Virus record (IMG/VR): IMGVR_UViG_3300045988_178671
Span: 1 to 63,082 of that record
Strand: one strand, 5' to 3'
Length of the DNA: 63,082 nucleotides
Origin: a virus
Part shown: positions 34,874 to 44,035 of the stretch, in pieces
Numbering within the stretch: the first letter of the stretch is position 1
Layout: every line of letters begins with the position of its first letter
The notes under the pieces: generated by a model
The model's database searches: none
Seen by the model: only the letters and a program-made list of their open reading frames with translations
What the model was told of the DNA's origin: nothing
Made by a program: the position numbers and the translations under genes

Positions 34874-36016
34874 GTGGGTATGGGAAAAGGGTTCGTACGG
34901 ATTTACAGAAGCGAGGCGGATATTCCACAGTTGTGGGAGAATGCCGCGCTTTTTTGCGTGTATCAAAAGTTAAAAATTGTGGCCTTGTGGCCCGAGGGCG
35001 TGATAAAACGGCCAAGCCGTGTATTGGCCCGGCAGTGTGCCGTCAGCAGGAATACACTTTACAAAGCGATAGGTGAGTTAGAAAAATTGGGGCTGCTGGA
35101 TGTGGATATTTCGGACCGCAACACGTGGGCGCTGCGCGTAAAATATGTAGAGCAGGAGCCTCGGCAAAACACGCCCTTGGAAAAGCCGGAAGCAGCGGAC
35201 GAGGCCCAACTATCAAACGAAACCGAAAACGCGGCTCCGAGCGTTTTGGAGCCCGCCATGGCCGCGGCGGAACCCTCTGCGCAAGCCAACCATTTTGTTG
35301 GCTCCACCCAAATGGTCCCGGCTGGTTCAAAAAATGAACCAATCCCGGTACCAGTGGTTCAAAATTTGAACCAAGGTGGTTCAAAAAATGAACCAGTAGC
35401 GGTTCAAAATTTGAACCAACCACCTTTATATAGAGATTATTTATATATAAATAATATATATAACCCCCATAATCCCCCAACCCTTGCGCAAAAGGATGCT
35501 GGCTTTGAACTTTTTTGGAACGCCTATCCAAACAAGAGAGGAAAACAGGCAGCCTTAAAAAAATGGACAAGCGGAAAATACAATCCGGCTGATATTCTAC
35601 CGAGTTTGGAAAAACAAAAGAAACTGCGCGATTGGGTAAAAGCGGATGGAAAATTTGTGCCCCACGCAAGAACGTACCTCAATCAAAAACGGTACGAGGA
35701 CTGTTTGCCGCAAAGTGAGGAATACTACATTCTGAACTTTGAACACCCCCACACGGCCCGGGAAAAGACCTTGCGGGCTTGGATAGAGGCTACGAACCCG
35801 GCCCTTTTGAAAAACGACAACCAAAAAATAAACAACGTGTTTGAAACGGACCGGGCACTGTTTGAGCAAATAGTGGCCAAATGCGGCGGAGACTTGGACT
35901 TTGCCTTTGCCGTGATGCGCCACGGGTGGCAGTTGGGCTGCAACACGATGCGCGCCATAGCCGAACGTGCGGCGGCGTACATCAATGACTTAAACGAAAA
36001 AGGAGTAAAACAATGA
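34874..36016 (+). CDS. Replication initiator (winged-helix N-terminus, FWxAYP C-terminal domain), 380 aa; carries the origin internally
   Basis: C-terminal FELFWNAYPNKRGKQAALKKW is shared with the phage A organiser; iterons and an AT-rich block lie inside the gene. Confidence 0.55.
   Translation: MGMGKGFVRIYRSEADIPQLWENAALFCVYQKLKIVALWPEGVIKRPSRVLARQCAVSRNTLYKAIGELEKLGLLDVDISDRNTWALRVKYVEQEPRQNTPLEKPEAADEAQLSNETENAAPSVLEPAMAAAEPSAQANHFVGSTQMVPAGSKNEPIPVPVVQNLNQGGSKNEPVAVQNLNQPPLYRDYLYINNIYNPHNPPTLAQKDAGFELFWNAYPNKRGKQAALKKWTSGKYNPADILPSLEKQKKLRDWVKADGKFVPHARTYLNQKRYEDCLPQSEEYYILNFEHPHTAREKTLRAWIEATNPALLKNDNQKINNVFETDRALFEQIVAKCGGDLDFAFAVMRHGWQLGCNTMRAIAERAAAYINDLNEKGVKQ
35324..35465 (+). repeat. 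Ori candidate: four palindromic iterons alternating GGTTCAAAAAATGAACC and GGTTCAAAATTTGAACC, followed by a 40-nt AT-rich unwinding element
   Basis: Iterons at 35324, 35356, 35378 and 35401; AT-rich TTTATATAGAGATTATTTATATATAAATAATATATATAACC at about 35425-35465. Confidence 0.65.
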
Positions 36017-36462
36017 GGGAATACAAACGGAATTTTGGCCTAGTGGAAAGCAACCCTGCGCCTGCGGCGTCGGGTAACCAGTGCCAGTTTTGCGGTAAAA
36101 ACGGGCGGTGTGCCGTGCCGGTGTTTATCCGCGAGGAGCCAACGGCCCCCGCGCAAGTGGTTTGCTACAAGGTGGTGTGCGTTTTTTGTGGAAATATCCA
36201 GCAAGTAGCAGATACGGACAAGGACGGAAAGACCGTCCGCCGCCCGGCCTTTTTTGCCTATGGCACCGGGCGGGGCATTTTGACCACCTTGCGTAATTTT
36301 TTCCTGCCGCCGGACCTGTATGCCACACCGGACGGAAAAGCCGATGTGGGGCTTAAAGTGCGTCTGATTCGCGCACTGTTGCGCCTGCAAGTAGCGCGAC
36401 CTACGGAACGGGAATTTGGCCTGCGTGAAGTGTATGACGAGTACAAAAAAGAAAATCGGTAG
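36013..36462 (+). CDS. Zn-ribbon protein, 149 aa; candidate Q-like late regulator (speculative)
   Basis: CQFCGKNGRC ... CVFCGN; last early gene before the TA module and the late promoter. Confidence 0.4.
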   Translation: MREYKRNFGLVESNPAPAASGNQCQFCGKNGRCAVPVFIREEPTAPAQVVCYKVVCVFCGNIQQVADTDKDGKTVRRPAFFAYGTGRGILTTLRNFFLPPDLYATPDGKADVGLKVRLIRALLRLQVARPTEREFGLREVYDEYKKENR

Positions 36463-36627
36463 CCCCGTTTGCTTTTTGGACGGATTTACGCTGCGCCATG
36501 GCGTGGTGCTGGGCGGGCGGTGCGGGGTGTGGCGAGTGCGTAGCGGCGGGCAGATTTGGCACGTGTGGGAAGAGGACTTATTTACCTCACCCGCCGGCGC
36601 GCGGGCGGTGTTAAATAAACTGGTGGG

Positions 36628-36656
36628 TTGACAAACTGCCAATTATAAATTACACT
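36628..36656 (+). promoter_or_regulatory. Promoter of TA module 2 (-35 TTGACA, 17-nt spacer, -10 TACACT), abutting the ATG; implies a leaderless or second-AUG start
   Basis: Read from the sequence; the -10 ends 1 nt before the annotated ATG, and a second ATG lies at 36663. Confidence 0.45.
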
Positions 36657-37019
36657 ATGAGTATGAAAAAGAGCACAAAACAAATTAAAATTTATGAAAC
36701 GAAAACGGGCAATAGACCCTTTTCTAAGTGGCTCAAAAAATTGAAGGACCAAGAGGCCGTAAACCGCATCCGCAAGCGGATATTAAACGCGGCGGAAGGG
36801 TATTTTGGCGACCACCGCAATTTGCCGGGTGGACTAATTGAACTGAAATTCCGCGCAGGGTGGCGGGTTTATTTGGCCGATTTTGATTATGTATGCATTA
36901 TTCTGCTTTTATGCGGCGGGGATAAAAATACCGCAAAAGGGCAGCAGGCTGATATTGAACAGGCTTATGCTTACTTGAATGATTTTATGGATGGTGAATT
37001 GTATGAAAAAGACAAATAA
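36657..37019 (+). CDS. Addiction-module killer protein (RelE/ParE superfamily), paralogue 2, 120 aa
   Basis: LLCGGDKNTAKGQQADIEQA motif, the same family as 15749-16072. Confidence 0.6.
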   Translation: MSMKKSTKQIKIYETKTGNRPFSKWLKKLKDQEAVNRIRKRILNAAEGYFGDHRNLPGGLIELKFRAGWRVYLADFDYVCIILLLCGGDKNTAKGQQADIEQAYAYLNDFMDGELYEKDK

Positions 37020-37341
37020 ATTAACAGCGGCGCAGTTAAAAAAATTGGCGGGATTTGCGGATTTTGAGGAAGAAACCGCCAAAGAAATGAAAAATAATCC
37101 GGCCGCGCAAAAGAAATTTTTACGCTTGGCCTTTGAAGAATATGCCCAAGACGGGAACCAAAAGACGCTCCTGCGGGCGTTGGGGCTCGTGTTGCGCGCC
37201 CGCGGTATTAGCGCATCCGCCCGTAAGGTAGGCGTAAGACGTAATACACTCTACACCGGGTTTAGTGCGGACGGAAACCCGCGCTTAAACACCTTTTTGG
37301 GAGCACTTCAAACGGTAGGGGCTGTGATTACCCTGCCCTAA
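37003..37341 (+). CDS. Addiction-module antidote HTH protein, paralogue 2, about 112 aa
   Basis: Start MKKTNKLTAAQ overlaps the toxin stop; C-terminal HTH RKVGVRRNTLYTGFSADGNPRLNTFLGAL parallels antidote 1. Confidence 0.55.
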   Translation: MKKTNKLTAAQLKKLAGFADFEEETAKEMKNNPAAQKKFLRLAFEEYAQDGNQKTLLRALGLVLRARGISASARKVGVRRNTLYTGFSADGNPRLNTFLGALQTVGAVITLP

Positions 37342-37356
37342 ACAAAAAGGCTTTAC

Positions 37357-37394
37357 AAACCCGCTTTCCGACGGTGGAAAGCGGGTTTTGTTTT
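37357..37394 (+). terminator. Strong rho-independent terminator downstream of TA module 2
   Basis: CCCGCTTTCC-gacggt-GGAAAGCGGG stem followed by TTTTGTTTT. Confidence 0.7.
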
Positions 37395-37402
37395 GCCCGG
37401 GT

Positions 37403-37477
37403 TTGACTATTTTAAGAAAATTACTTATACTATCCCTATCTGGTACACGCATGTTGCGTGAGTTTTAAAATTTTTTT
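37403..37477 (+). promoter_or_regulatory. Phage B late promoter (-35 TTGACT, 17-nt spacer, -10 TATACT), followed by a short hairpin (CACGCA-tgt-TGCGTG) and a U-rich tract, upstream of terS
   Basis: Read from the sequence: -35 at 37403-37408, -10 at 37426-37431, hairpin at 37446-37460 followed by AGTTTTAAAATTTTTTT. Confidence 0.45.
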
Positions 37478-37542
37478 GGTTGGCAAGAGGCCGCTTATTC
37501 CCCCACTGCAAAAAATTGCAGCGGAAGTGAGCGGCTATTTTT

Positions 37543-38160
37543 ATGACCAAAAAAAGCAAGGCGATACCGGATAAAGAACTTTTTGAACGCATTGAGCAAG
37601 AAACAAAAAACTTGCTCACCGCCGCTGTGCCCACGCCAAACAAGCAACTCTGCCTGTTTGAGGACTGGGCCGACTGGAACGCCCAAGCGCGTGAAAAACA
37701 CCTCAAAACACAGGCGGGGCTGACCCTTTCCCAAGAGATTTTTGCCCAACTGGTAGCCGCCGGATATACCAAGACCGAGGCCTACCGCCAAGCCTATCCA
37801 AATTGTAAGACCGAAAATTTAAATACTGTCTATCCCAAGGCCTGCCGCCTGGCAAAACTGGGCAATGTGGGGGCAAGGATAGAGGCGGTGAGAAAGCAAC
37901 TGGTGGACAAGGCGTTGATGTCCCCGACGGAACTCTTCCAGCGCTTGACCGACGAGGCGCGAAACGGGGGCAAGGCGGAAATACGCCTAAAAGCGGCCGA
38001 ACTGATTGGAAAAATTCACGGGCTGTTTAAGCCCGAAAAAGAAACAAGCGTCAACGTGGGCCCGGCTATTGTTGTGCAAACCATAGACTACTCCAACGCC
38101 GGGCTTCCCTCCACGGATAAGGCAACGGGTACGCGTAACCCAGACGAGGTGAAGAAATGA
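37543..38160 (+). CDS. Terminase small subunit (Terminase_2-like), 205 aa
   Basis: LTLSQEIFAQLVAAGYTKTEAYRQAY...GNVGARIEAVRKQL pattern; sits upstream of the large terminase. Confidence 0.6.
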   Translation: MTKKSKAIPDKELFERIEQETKNLLTAAVPTPNKQLCLFEDWADWNAQAREKHLKTQAGLTLSQEIFAQLVAAGYTKTEAYRQAYPNCKTENLNTVYPKACRLAKLGNVGARIEAVRKQLVDKALMSPTELFQRLTDEARNGGKAEIRLKAAELIGKIHGLFKPEKETSVNVGPAIVVQTIDYSNAGLPSTDKATGTRNPDEVKK

Positions 38161-39524
38161 CCTACATTACTTTGCCCCATAACTGGACCCCTCGCGCGTA
38201 TCAGTTGCCTTTTTTTCGTTATTTTGCACGTGGCGGCAAGCGTGCCGTGCTGGTATGGTCCCGCCGTTTAGGCAAAGACGACGCCTGTTTGCATTTAACC
38301 GCTATGCAGGCAATGCACGTGCCCGGCACGTATTGGATGATGTTGCCCGAATACGGCCAAGCCCGCAAAGCAATATGGGACGCCGTAAATAAACACACGG
38401 GAAAACGCCGTATTGATGAGGCGTTCCCGGCCGAAATACGCGCCCGCACCAACGACAGCGAAATGAAAATTGTGTTTAAGTCCGGCTCCGTGTGGCAGTT
38501 GTGCGGAAGCGACAACTATAACGGGTTAGTCGGCTCCAACTGCGCGGGCATTGTGTTTAGCGAGTACGCCTTATCCAATCCCGAGGCGTGGGACTACCTA
38601 GAGCCGATTTTAGAGGAAAACGGCGGGTGGGCTGTGTTTAACTCTACCGTGCGCGGCCGCAACCATTTTACCACCTTGGCACACTACGCACAAAGTACGC
38701 CCGGGTGGTTTTGCTCTAACGTAAAAGCCAGCGAGGCGGGCGTGTTTACACACGAACAATTAGAGGGGATTAAACAAAAATACATCTTGCAAAAAGGATA
38801 TGACCGCGGCCTTGGGATGTATCTGCAAGAGTACGAGAACGACGAAAATGCTTTTGTGAGTACTTTTAACTCAGTCTTTGCACGCGGCGCTGGTGAGAAA
38901 ATGCGGCAAGCCGCCCCGGCTAACGTGCCGTCCGTAGCCCGTGTGGCCGGAATTGACCTGGCACGCTTTGGCGGGGATAACAATGTAGTGTTTATTGCCG
39001 ACCGTTTGACGGACCGCTCTTTGGTGGAAGTGCGCGTGGAAGCGTGGGCCGGAACGGATGCCGTGTTTACGCAAGGGAAAATTGCCGAACTGCTGTCCAC
39101 TTACCACGTACACCAAGCATTAATGGACGGCGACGGCGTGGGCGGACCGATTATTGACAACGTGCGCGCGCTGTGCGTTGGCCGCAACATTGCGTTTGAG
39201 GAATACCACAACACCGCCACCACGGGCTCTTACGGGACAAAAACCACCCAAGGGTATTTTGACCTGGCACGCGAAGCGCTGAGCGGGAAAGTGTTTTTGA
39301 GAGACGAGCGCGTTTTAAGCGAATTAGGTGCCCGTCTCTATGAGTTTAACCAAAAGGGGCAGGTAGTGCTGCAAAACAAACGGGAGTGGCGTAAAGAGGC
39401 CGGCACCAGCCCGGACTTCGCAGACGCGGCTGTTATGGCCTCTATGATTTTGCCGCTGCCCAAAGATTTTAGCGTGCAGGGCGGAAAACCCGCCTTTGCG
39501 CGTACGGAATACGATGTCATTTAG
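38157..39524 (+). CDS. Terminase large subunit, 455 aa
   Basis: ATPase motifs (SRRLGKDD; GIVFSEYA with DE); RNaseH-like nuclease residues GIDLARFGGDNN...DGDGVGG. Confidence 0.7.
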   Translation: MTYITLPHNWTPRAYQLPFFRYFARGGKRAVLVWSRRLGKDDACLHLTAMQAMHVPGTYWMMLPEYGQARKAIWDAVNKHTGKRRIDEAFPAEIRARTNDSEMKIVFKSGSVWQLCGSDNYNGLVGSNCAGIVFSEYALSNPEAWDYLEPILEENGGWAVFNSTVRGRNHFTTLAHYAQSTPGWFCSNVKASEAGVFTHEQLEGIKQKYILQKGYDRGLGMYLQEYENDENAFVSTFNSVFARGAGEKMRQAAPANVPSVARVAGIDLARFGGDNNVVFIADRLTDRSLVEVRVEAWAGTDAVFTQGKIAELLSTYHVHQALMDGDGVGGPIIDNVRALCVGRNIAFEEYHNTATTGSYGTKTTQGYFDLAREALSGKVFLRDERVLSELGARLYEFNQKGQVVLQNKREWRKEAGTSPDFADAAVMASMILPLPKDFSVQGGKPAFARTEYDVI

Positions 39525-39532
39525 GAGAAAGT

Positions 39533-39865
39533 ATGTGTGATCCGATAAGCGTTGGATTTGGAGTTGCCAGCATAGCCGCCAGCATTGGGATAAGTGCTAA
39601 GAACGCACACGACCAACGCAAGGCCTCCCGCGAGGCACAAAAAGTGCAGGAAGATACGGAGCGTAAGCAAAAGGCGCTCTTAGAAGCCAAAGGCGCGGCC
39701 CAAACCAGCCGCACCGATAGGACCGCCACCGAAGCGGAACGCAAACGCCGCACCGCCGTGGCCAATAATACCGTGCTGACCAGCCGCCAAGGTGCCTTGG
39801 GTACGCCCAACACCGCGGGCACGGCTTTGTACAGCGGGATAGCCTCCCGCAATACCTTGGGGTAA
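39533..39865 (+). CDS. Hypothetical protein with a hydrophobic N-terminus, 110 aa
   Basis: ORF between the large terminase and the portal. Confidence 0.35.
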   Translation: MCDPISVGFGVASIAASIGISAKNAHDQRKASREAQKVQEDTERKQKALLEAKGAAQTSRTDRTATEAERKRRTAVANNTVLTSRQGALGTPNTAGTALYSGIASRNTLG

Positions 39866-39867
39866 TT

Positions 39868-41529
39868 ATGGATATTAACGACGCAAACAACATCTTTGGC
39901 CAGTTGAAAGGCGAGTACGACCTGTGGGTGCCGCAGTGGAAGGAGTTAGCCAGTTATTTGGCCCCCACCTCCGGCAGTTTTGACGACGACGCCAAGAGCA
40001 AGCAGGGCCAAAAAATTGACGCCAAGAAGATATTGGATTCTACGGCCAGCCGGGCGGTGGCTATTTTGTCCGCCGGGATGATGAGCGGGCTGACTTCGCC
40101 CAGCCGCTCTTGGTTTGAACTGACCTTGGACGGGCCGAACGAGCAGCAGACCCACGCCGTTAAAGAGTGGCTCTATGACGTAAAGCAAATCATTGAACGC
40201 GTGTTTGCCAAAAGCAACCTATATGCCGTCCTGCGCAATTTTTACGAAGAAATGGCCGTATTCTGCACCGGGGCGTTTTTGGTGGAAGAAGATTACGACA
40301 ATGTGATACATTGCCGGCCGCTGACCATTGGCGAATTTATGTTGGCGCACGACCAACGCGGCAGAATTGATACTTACGGCCGCGAGTTTTATATGACGGT
40401 AGCCCAACTGGTTGGCGAATTTGGTATGGATAACGTACCGCAGACCGTCCGCCAGCAGTATAACGATAAAAAATATAGTGCAACCTACAAGGTACGCCAC
40501 CTGATTACCCCCAACCGCGACCGCAAACCGGGCGAGTTAGGCCATAACAATATGCCCTATATCAGCGTGTACTGGATGAGCGGGCAACCGACGTTCCTGC
40601 GCAAAAGCGGGTATGAGGACTTCCCGGTTATTGCCAGCCGCTGGGAAATAAAACGCCCCAACGACACCTACGGGCGTGGCCCCGGCTGGACGGTGCTGGG
40701 CGACGTGAAAATGCTGCAAAAAATGCAGAAAAAGAAACTGGTGGCACTGGACAAAAGTATTGACCCGCCCATTATGGTATCTAACCGCGTGCAGGGAGAG
40801 ATTAACTTGCTTCCCGGTGGGATTACCCGGTATAGCGATAACGCCGACGCGGCAGTAAAACCCGTCTATCAGGTAGCCGCGGACCTAAAAAGCGTGGAAT
40901 ATAGCATTGAACAAACACGCCAAAGAATCAGCGAGCAGTTTTTTGCCGATATGTTTTTAATGATTTCCAATGTGGACGCGGGCAAAATGACTGCTACCGA
41001 AGTAGCGGAACGCTCCCAAGAAAAAATGATGATGTTGGGCCCGGTATTGGAACGCCTGAAAAACGAACTATTGGACCCGCTTATTGAGCGGACCTTTAAC
41101 ATTTGTTCCCGCGCGGGGATTTTGCCACCACCGCCTGACGAAATACAGGGGCGGGATATACAAGTGTCTTATATCTCCATGATCGCGCAGGCGCAAAAGG
41201 CTACCGCCTTAAACTCTATCCGCCAAGGCGCGCAATTTGCAGCCGAATTGGCCCAAATACAAGCCGCCGGTGCGGCCGAAGTATTGGACAATGTGGACTT
41301 TGACGGAGCCTTGCGTGAGGGGCTGGCGGCCATTGGCGCCACGCCGAAAATGATTCGCCCGGAAGAAGAGGTGCAAACCTCCCGCCAAGCCCGAGCCCAG
41401 CAGGCGCAGAAAATGGCCCAGCAGGCCCAAATTGCCCAGGCAGTACAGAGCGCCAAAACCTTGGCCAACACCCCCTTAGGAACGGGTAGCGCACTGGACG
41501 CGTTTGCCCAAGGAGCAGCCAATGAATAA
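39868..41529 (+). CDS. Portal / head-to-tail connector protein, T7 gp8-like, 553 aa
   Basis: KMTATEVAERSQEKMMMLGPVLERLKNELLDPL parallels the T7 gp8 segment ERVTAEEIRYVASELEDTLGGVYSILSQELQLPL; Gln/Ala-rich C-terminal tail. Confidence 0.7.
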   Translation: MDINDANNIFGQLKGEYDLWVPQWKELASYLAPTSGSFDDDAKSKQGQKIDAKKILDSTASRAVAILSAGMMSGLTSPSRSWFELTLDGPNEQQTHAVKEWLYDVKQIIERVFAKSNLYAVLRNFYEEMAVFCTGAFLVEEDYDNVIHCRPLTIGEFMLAHDQRGRIDTYGREFYMTVAQLVGEFGMDNVPQTVRQQYNDKKYSATYKVRHLITPNRDRKPGELGHNNMPYISVYWMSGQPTFLRKSGYEDFPVIASRWEIKRPNDTYGRGPGWTVLGDVKMLQKMQKKKLVALDKSIDPPIMVSNRVQGEINLLPGGITRYSDNADAAVKPVYQVAADLKSVEYSIEQTRQRISEQFFADMFLMISNVDAGKMTATEVAERSQEKMMMLGPVLERLKNELLDPLIERTFNICSRAGILPPPPDEIQGRDIQVSYISMIAQAQKATALNSIRQGAQFAAELAQIQAAGAAEVLDNVDFDGALREGLAAIGATPKMIRPEEEVQTSRQARAQQAQKMAQQAQIAQAVQSAKTLANTPLGTGSALDAFAQGAANE

Positions 41530-41842
41530 GCAACTTTTGCAACGCGCGAATGCCAAAGAAATGCGTACGCTGCGCGACTGGCGTCGCGTGCTGAATTTGG
41601 TAGAGGGCCGGCGGGTAGTGTGGCAAATCTTACTTGCCTGTGGGCACCGCCAAGAGGCGTTTGTCCCGGGCGACCCTGAGGCCACCGCCTACCATTGTGG
41701 CAAACGGGCGCTAGGAAATGAAATAGAGGAAGTTATCCGACGTGCCGACCCGCAAGCCTATGAGCAAATGCGGCAGGAGTACGAAGCAGAATTAAAGCAA
41801 AACCAAAAGGAATTAAAAAACGTGGAGGACGAAGATGAATAG
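41522..41842 (+). CDS. Hypothetical protein, about 106 aa
   Basis: ATGAATAA overlap with the portal stop. Confidence 0.35.
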   Translation: MNKQLLQRANAKEMRTLRDWRRVLNLVEGRRVVWQILLACGHRQEAFVPGDPEATAYHCGKRALGNEIEEVIRRADPQAYEQMRQEYEAELKQNQKELKNVEDEDE

Positions 41843-42602
41843 ATACAAACTGATCCGTATGCAGTTAGAAACTGCCGGAACCCCGGCGGACGCGGGGGCG
41901 GCAGGAACTACCCCGGCTACTGAACCCGCAGGAAACGAACCGGCACAGGAACCAGTTGGCAAACCGGCCCCGGCCACGCCGCCTGCGTCGCAGGACAATG
42001 AGCCAAAAAATAATCCGGCGGGAACCGCTCCGGCTACTGAACCCGCAGGAAACGATAAACACTCTTTACTCGGGGGAGCCCAAACGGCAGGCACTCAACC
42101 GGCCACCGGCTCCGCTGGGACCAACCCGGACGGCGGCATGCAAAAACCCGGCGACGGACAAAACGCCACGCAGGACCCGTACAAGGACTTAACCTTGCCG
42201 GACGGGGCTGCTGTGGATCAAACACAAATGGCCAAATACAAAGATTTGGCCAAAAACTTAAACCTCAAACCCGAAGCCGCACAGGCGATTTTGGACTTTG
42301 AGGCGGAACGCTTATCTGCCGGAGCCGCGGCGGCTGCCGCTGCCTGGCAGGAACAGGTGAAACAGGAACACGGCGACAAATTGCCCCTCGTCTTGGCCAC
42401 ATGCGCCAAAGCGATTGACCAATTTGGCGGCGACGAACTGCGCACCTTGTTGGACCAAACGGGCCTGGGGAACCACCCCTTGCTCGTAAAAGCGTTCTAT
42501 AAAGCGGGGACACTGATGAAAGAAGACAAGTCCGTGTCCTCTAACGGGACCGCAACCGGCGACCTGACGTTTACGGAAGCCCTTTACGGCCGTTCCAAAT
42601 AA
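41835..42602 (+). CDS. Scaffolding protein, Pro/Ala/Thr-rich with internal repeats, 255 aa
   Basis: Position between portal and capsid; low-complexity repeats (TPATEPAGNE twice). Confidence 0.55.
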   Translation: MNRYKLIRMQLETAGTPADAGAAGTTPATEPAGNEPAQEPVGKPAPATPPASQDNEPKNNPAGTAPATEPAGNDKHSLLGGAQTAGTQPATGSAGTNPDGGMQKPGDGQNATQDPYKDLTLPDGAAVDQTQMAKYKDLAKNLNLKPEAAQAILDFEAERLSAGAAAAAAAWQEQVKQEHGDKLPLVLATCAKAIDQFGGDELRTLLDQTGLGNHPLLVKAFYKAGTLMKEDKSVSSNGTATGDLTFTEALYGRSK

Positions 42603-42617
42603 TCAGAGGTAAAAAAT

Positions 42618-43601
42618 ATGGCAGTTATTGCTGATAAAATGTACAACCTCCGCGATTATGCCGCCCAGTTTGGCGCCAATGGACAAGAGTTAGCCATTGC
42701 GGAAGTATTAAGCCAAACCAACGATATTATTGCGGATATGCCCCTGGTGGAAGGCAACTCCGACGCCGGACACGAATTTGCCGTGCGTACGGGTATTCCC
42801 AAGGGTGCGTTTCGCCAGGCGTATAAGGGCATTCCGCCCGAAAAAGCCACGAGCCAAGTGGTTTTGGCCCGCTTTGGAACCTTGGGCGCGTACTCCGTCA
42901 TTGACAAACTGACCGCCGAAAAGGGCGGCCACGTGGACGCCGTGCGCTCCGGACAGAGCCGGGCGATTTTGTCCGGGATGTCCAACACTATGGCCGACGC
43001 CATTATTTATGGCGGCGAATACGAATTGGACAAATTCCCGGGCTTGGAAGCACACTATGGCAGTTTATCCGCCAAAGTTCCGTCCAGCCGCAACATCGTC
43101 AACGCGGGAGGCAACAGCGCGGCGAAGAACTCCTCCATTTACTTGGTGGTGTGGGACACCGACAAGGTGTTTTCGTTCTTCCCCAAAGGGGCCAAAGCCG
43201 GGCTGGAACGCAAAGACTTCGGCTTAGTCAACCATACCGATGCCGAGGGTGAGGAATACCCGGCCTACAAGGAATACTTTGAGTGGAAACTGGGTATTGC
43301 CGTGCAGGACTGGCGCTACGCCGGCCGTATTAGCAACATTAATACCGCCGACTTGGCCAATGTGGACCTGGTGGGCCTGATGCAGGACTTGGAAGAAAAA
43401 ATCCAAGCCACCAATGTGGGCCACCCCGTGTGGTATATGAACCGCACCGTAAGAAGCGCCCTGCGCAAGCAGTTGGGCAATAAGGCCAACGTGCAATACA
43501 CGCCTGATACGCCCAATGCTAAACCGATTTTGCGGTTTAGCGAAATCCCGGTGCATTTGTGCGATGCCATTAAAGACACCGAAGCCAAGTTAGGAGCGTA
43601 A
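42618..43601 (+). CDS. Major capsid protein, 327 aa
   Basis: Directly after the scaffold in T7-like order; RBS GAGG. Confidence 0.6.
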   Translation: MAVIADKMYNLRDYAAQFGANGQELAIAEVLSQTNDIIADMPLVEGNSDAGHEFAVRTGIPKGAFRQAYKGIPPEKATSQVVLARFGTLGAYSVIDKLTAEKGGHVDAVRSGQSRAILSGMSNTMADAIIYGGEYELDKFPGLEAHYGSLSAKVPSSRNIVNAGGNSAAKNSSIYLVVWDTDKVFSFFPKGAKAGLERKDFGLVNHTDAEGEEYPAYKEYFEWKLGIAVQDWRYAGRISNINTADLANVDLVGLMQDLEEKIQATNVGHPVWYMNRTVRSALRKQLGNKANVQYTPDTPNAKPILRFSEIPVHLCDAIKDTEAKLGA

Positions 43602-43602
43602 T

Positions 43603-43983
43603 ATGAGAGACGAAACCTTATTCTACTCCAAAGAACAGGCCGTTACGGCCACGGCTAACTCCACCAACGTCCTTGATTTGGGCGGCGGCGACTTGGTACA
43701 CGGGTTGTACCTGGTCTTGCAGGTCGGTACGGCATTTGCCGGACTTACCAAACTGGTGGCCACGCTGGAAACTGCGGACGATGCGGCATTCTCGTCTGCT
43801 GAAACGGTTATGACGTTGCCGGACTACTCGGCGGCGAGTTTAACCGAAAACAAAGTGCTCTGCAAGGTGTGTTTGCCCGTGGGTATGAAAAAATACTCCC
43901 GCATTAAATACACCGTGACGGGCACAGGCACCGCCGGGACCATGAGTGCTTTCTTAATGGACAACCCCGGTATTGGGCTGTAA
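43603..43983 (+). CDS. Minor capsid / decoration-like protein, 126 aa
   Basis: Small beta-rich ORF immediately downstream of the capsid gene. Confidence 0.35.
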   Translation: MRDETLFYSKEQAVTATANSTNVLDLGGGDLVHGLYLVLQVGTAFAGLTKLVATLETADDAAFSSAETVMTLPDYSAASLTENKVLCKVCLPVGMKKYSRIKYTVTGTGTAGTMSAFLMDNPGIGL

Positions 43984-43996
43984 GCAAAATACACAA

Positions 43997-44023
43997 CCCC
44001 GGCCGGAACAAAAACGGCCGGGG
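43997..44023 (+). promoter_or_regulatory. Post-capsid stem-loop (CCCCGGCCG / CGGCCGGGG) with no U tract; resembles the T7 T-phi position
   Basis: 9-bp GC stem read from the sequence, just upstream of the gp11-like start. Confidence 0.4.
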
Positions 44024-44035
44024 TACAGGGGAATT

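Noticed and set aside
35043-36642. Minus-strand ORFs of 200-208 aa (35043-35669 and 36040-36642)
   Set aside because: They are antisense to the iteron-containing initiator and to the Zn-ribbon gene, are Arg/Pro-rich with no RBS, and conflict with the unidirectional operon
41865-42513. Arg-rich ORFs overlapping the scaffold gene on both strands
   Set aside because: They are products of the GC- and Pro/Ala-rich repetitive scaffold coding sequence; the in-operon scaffold frame is preferred
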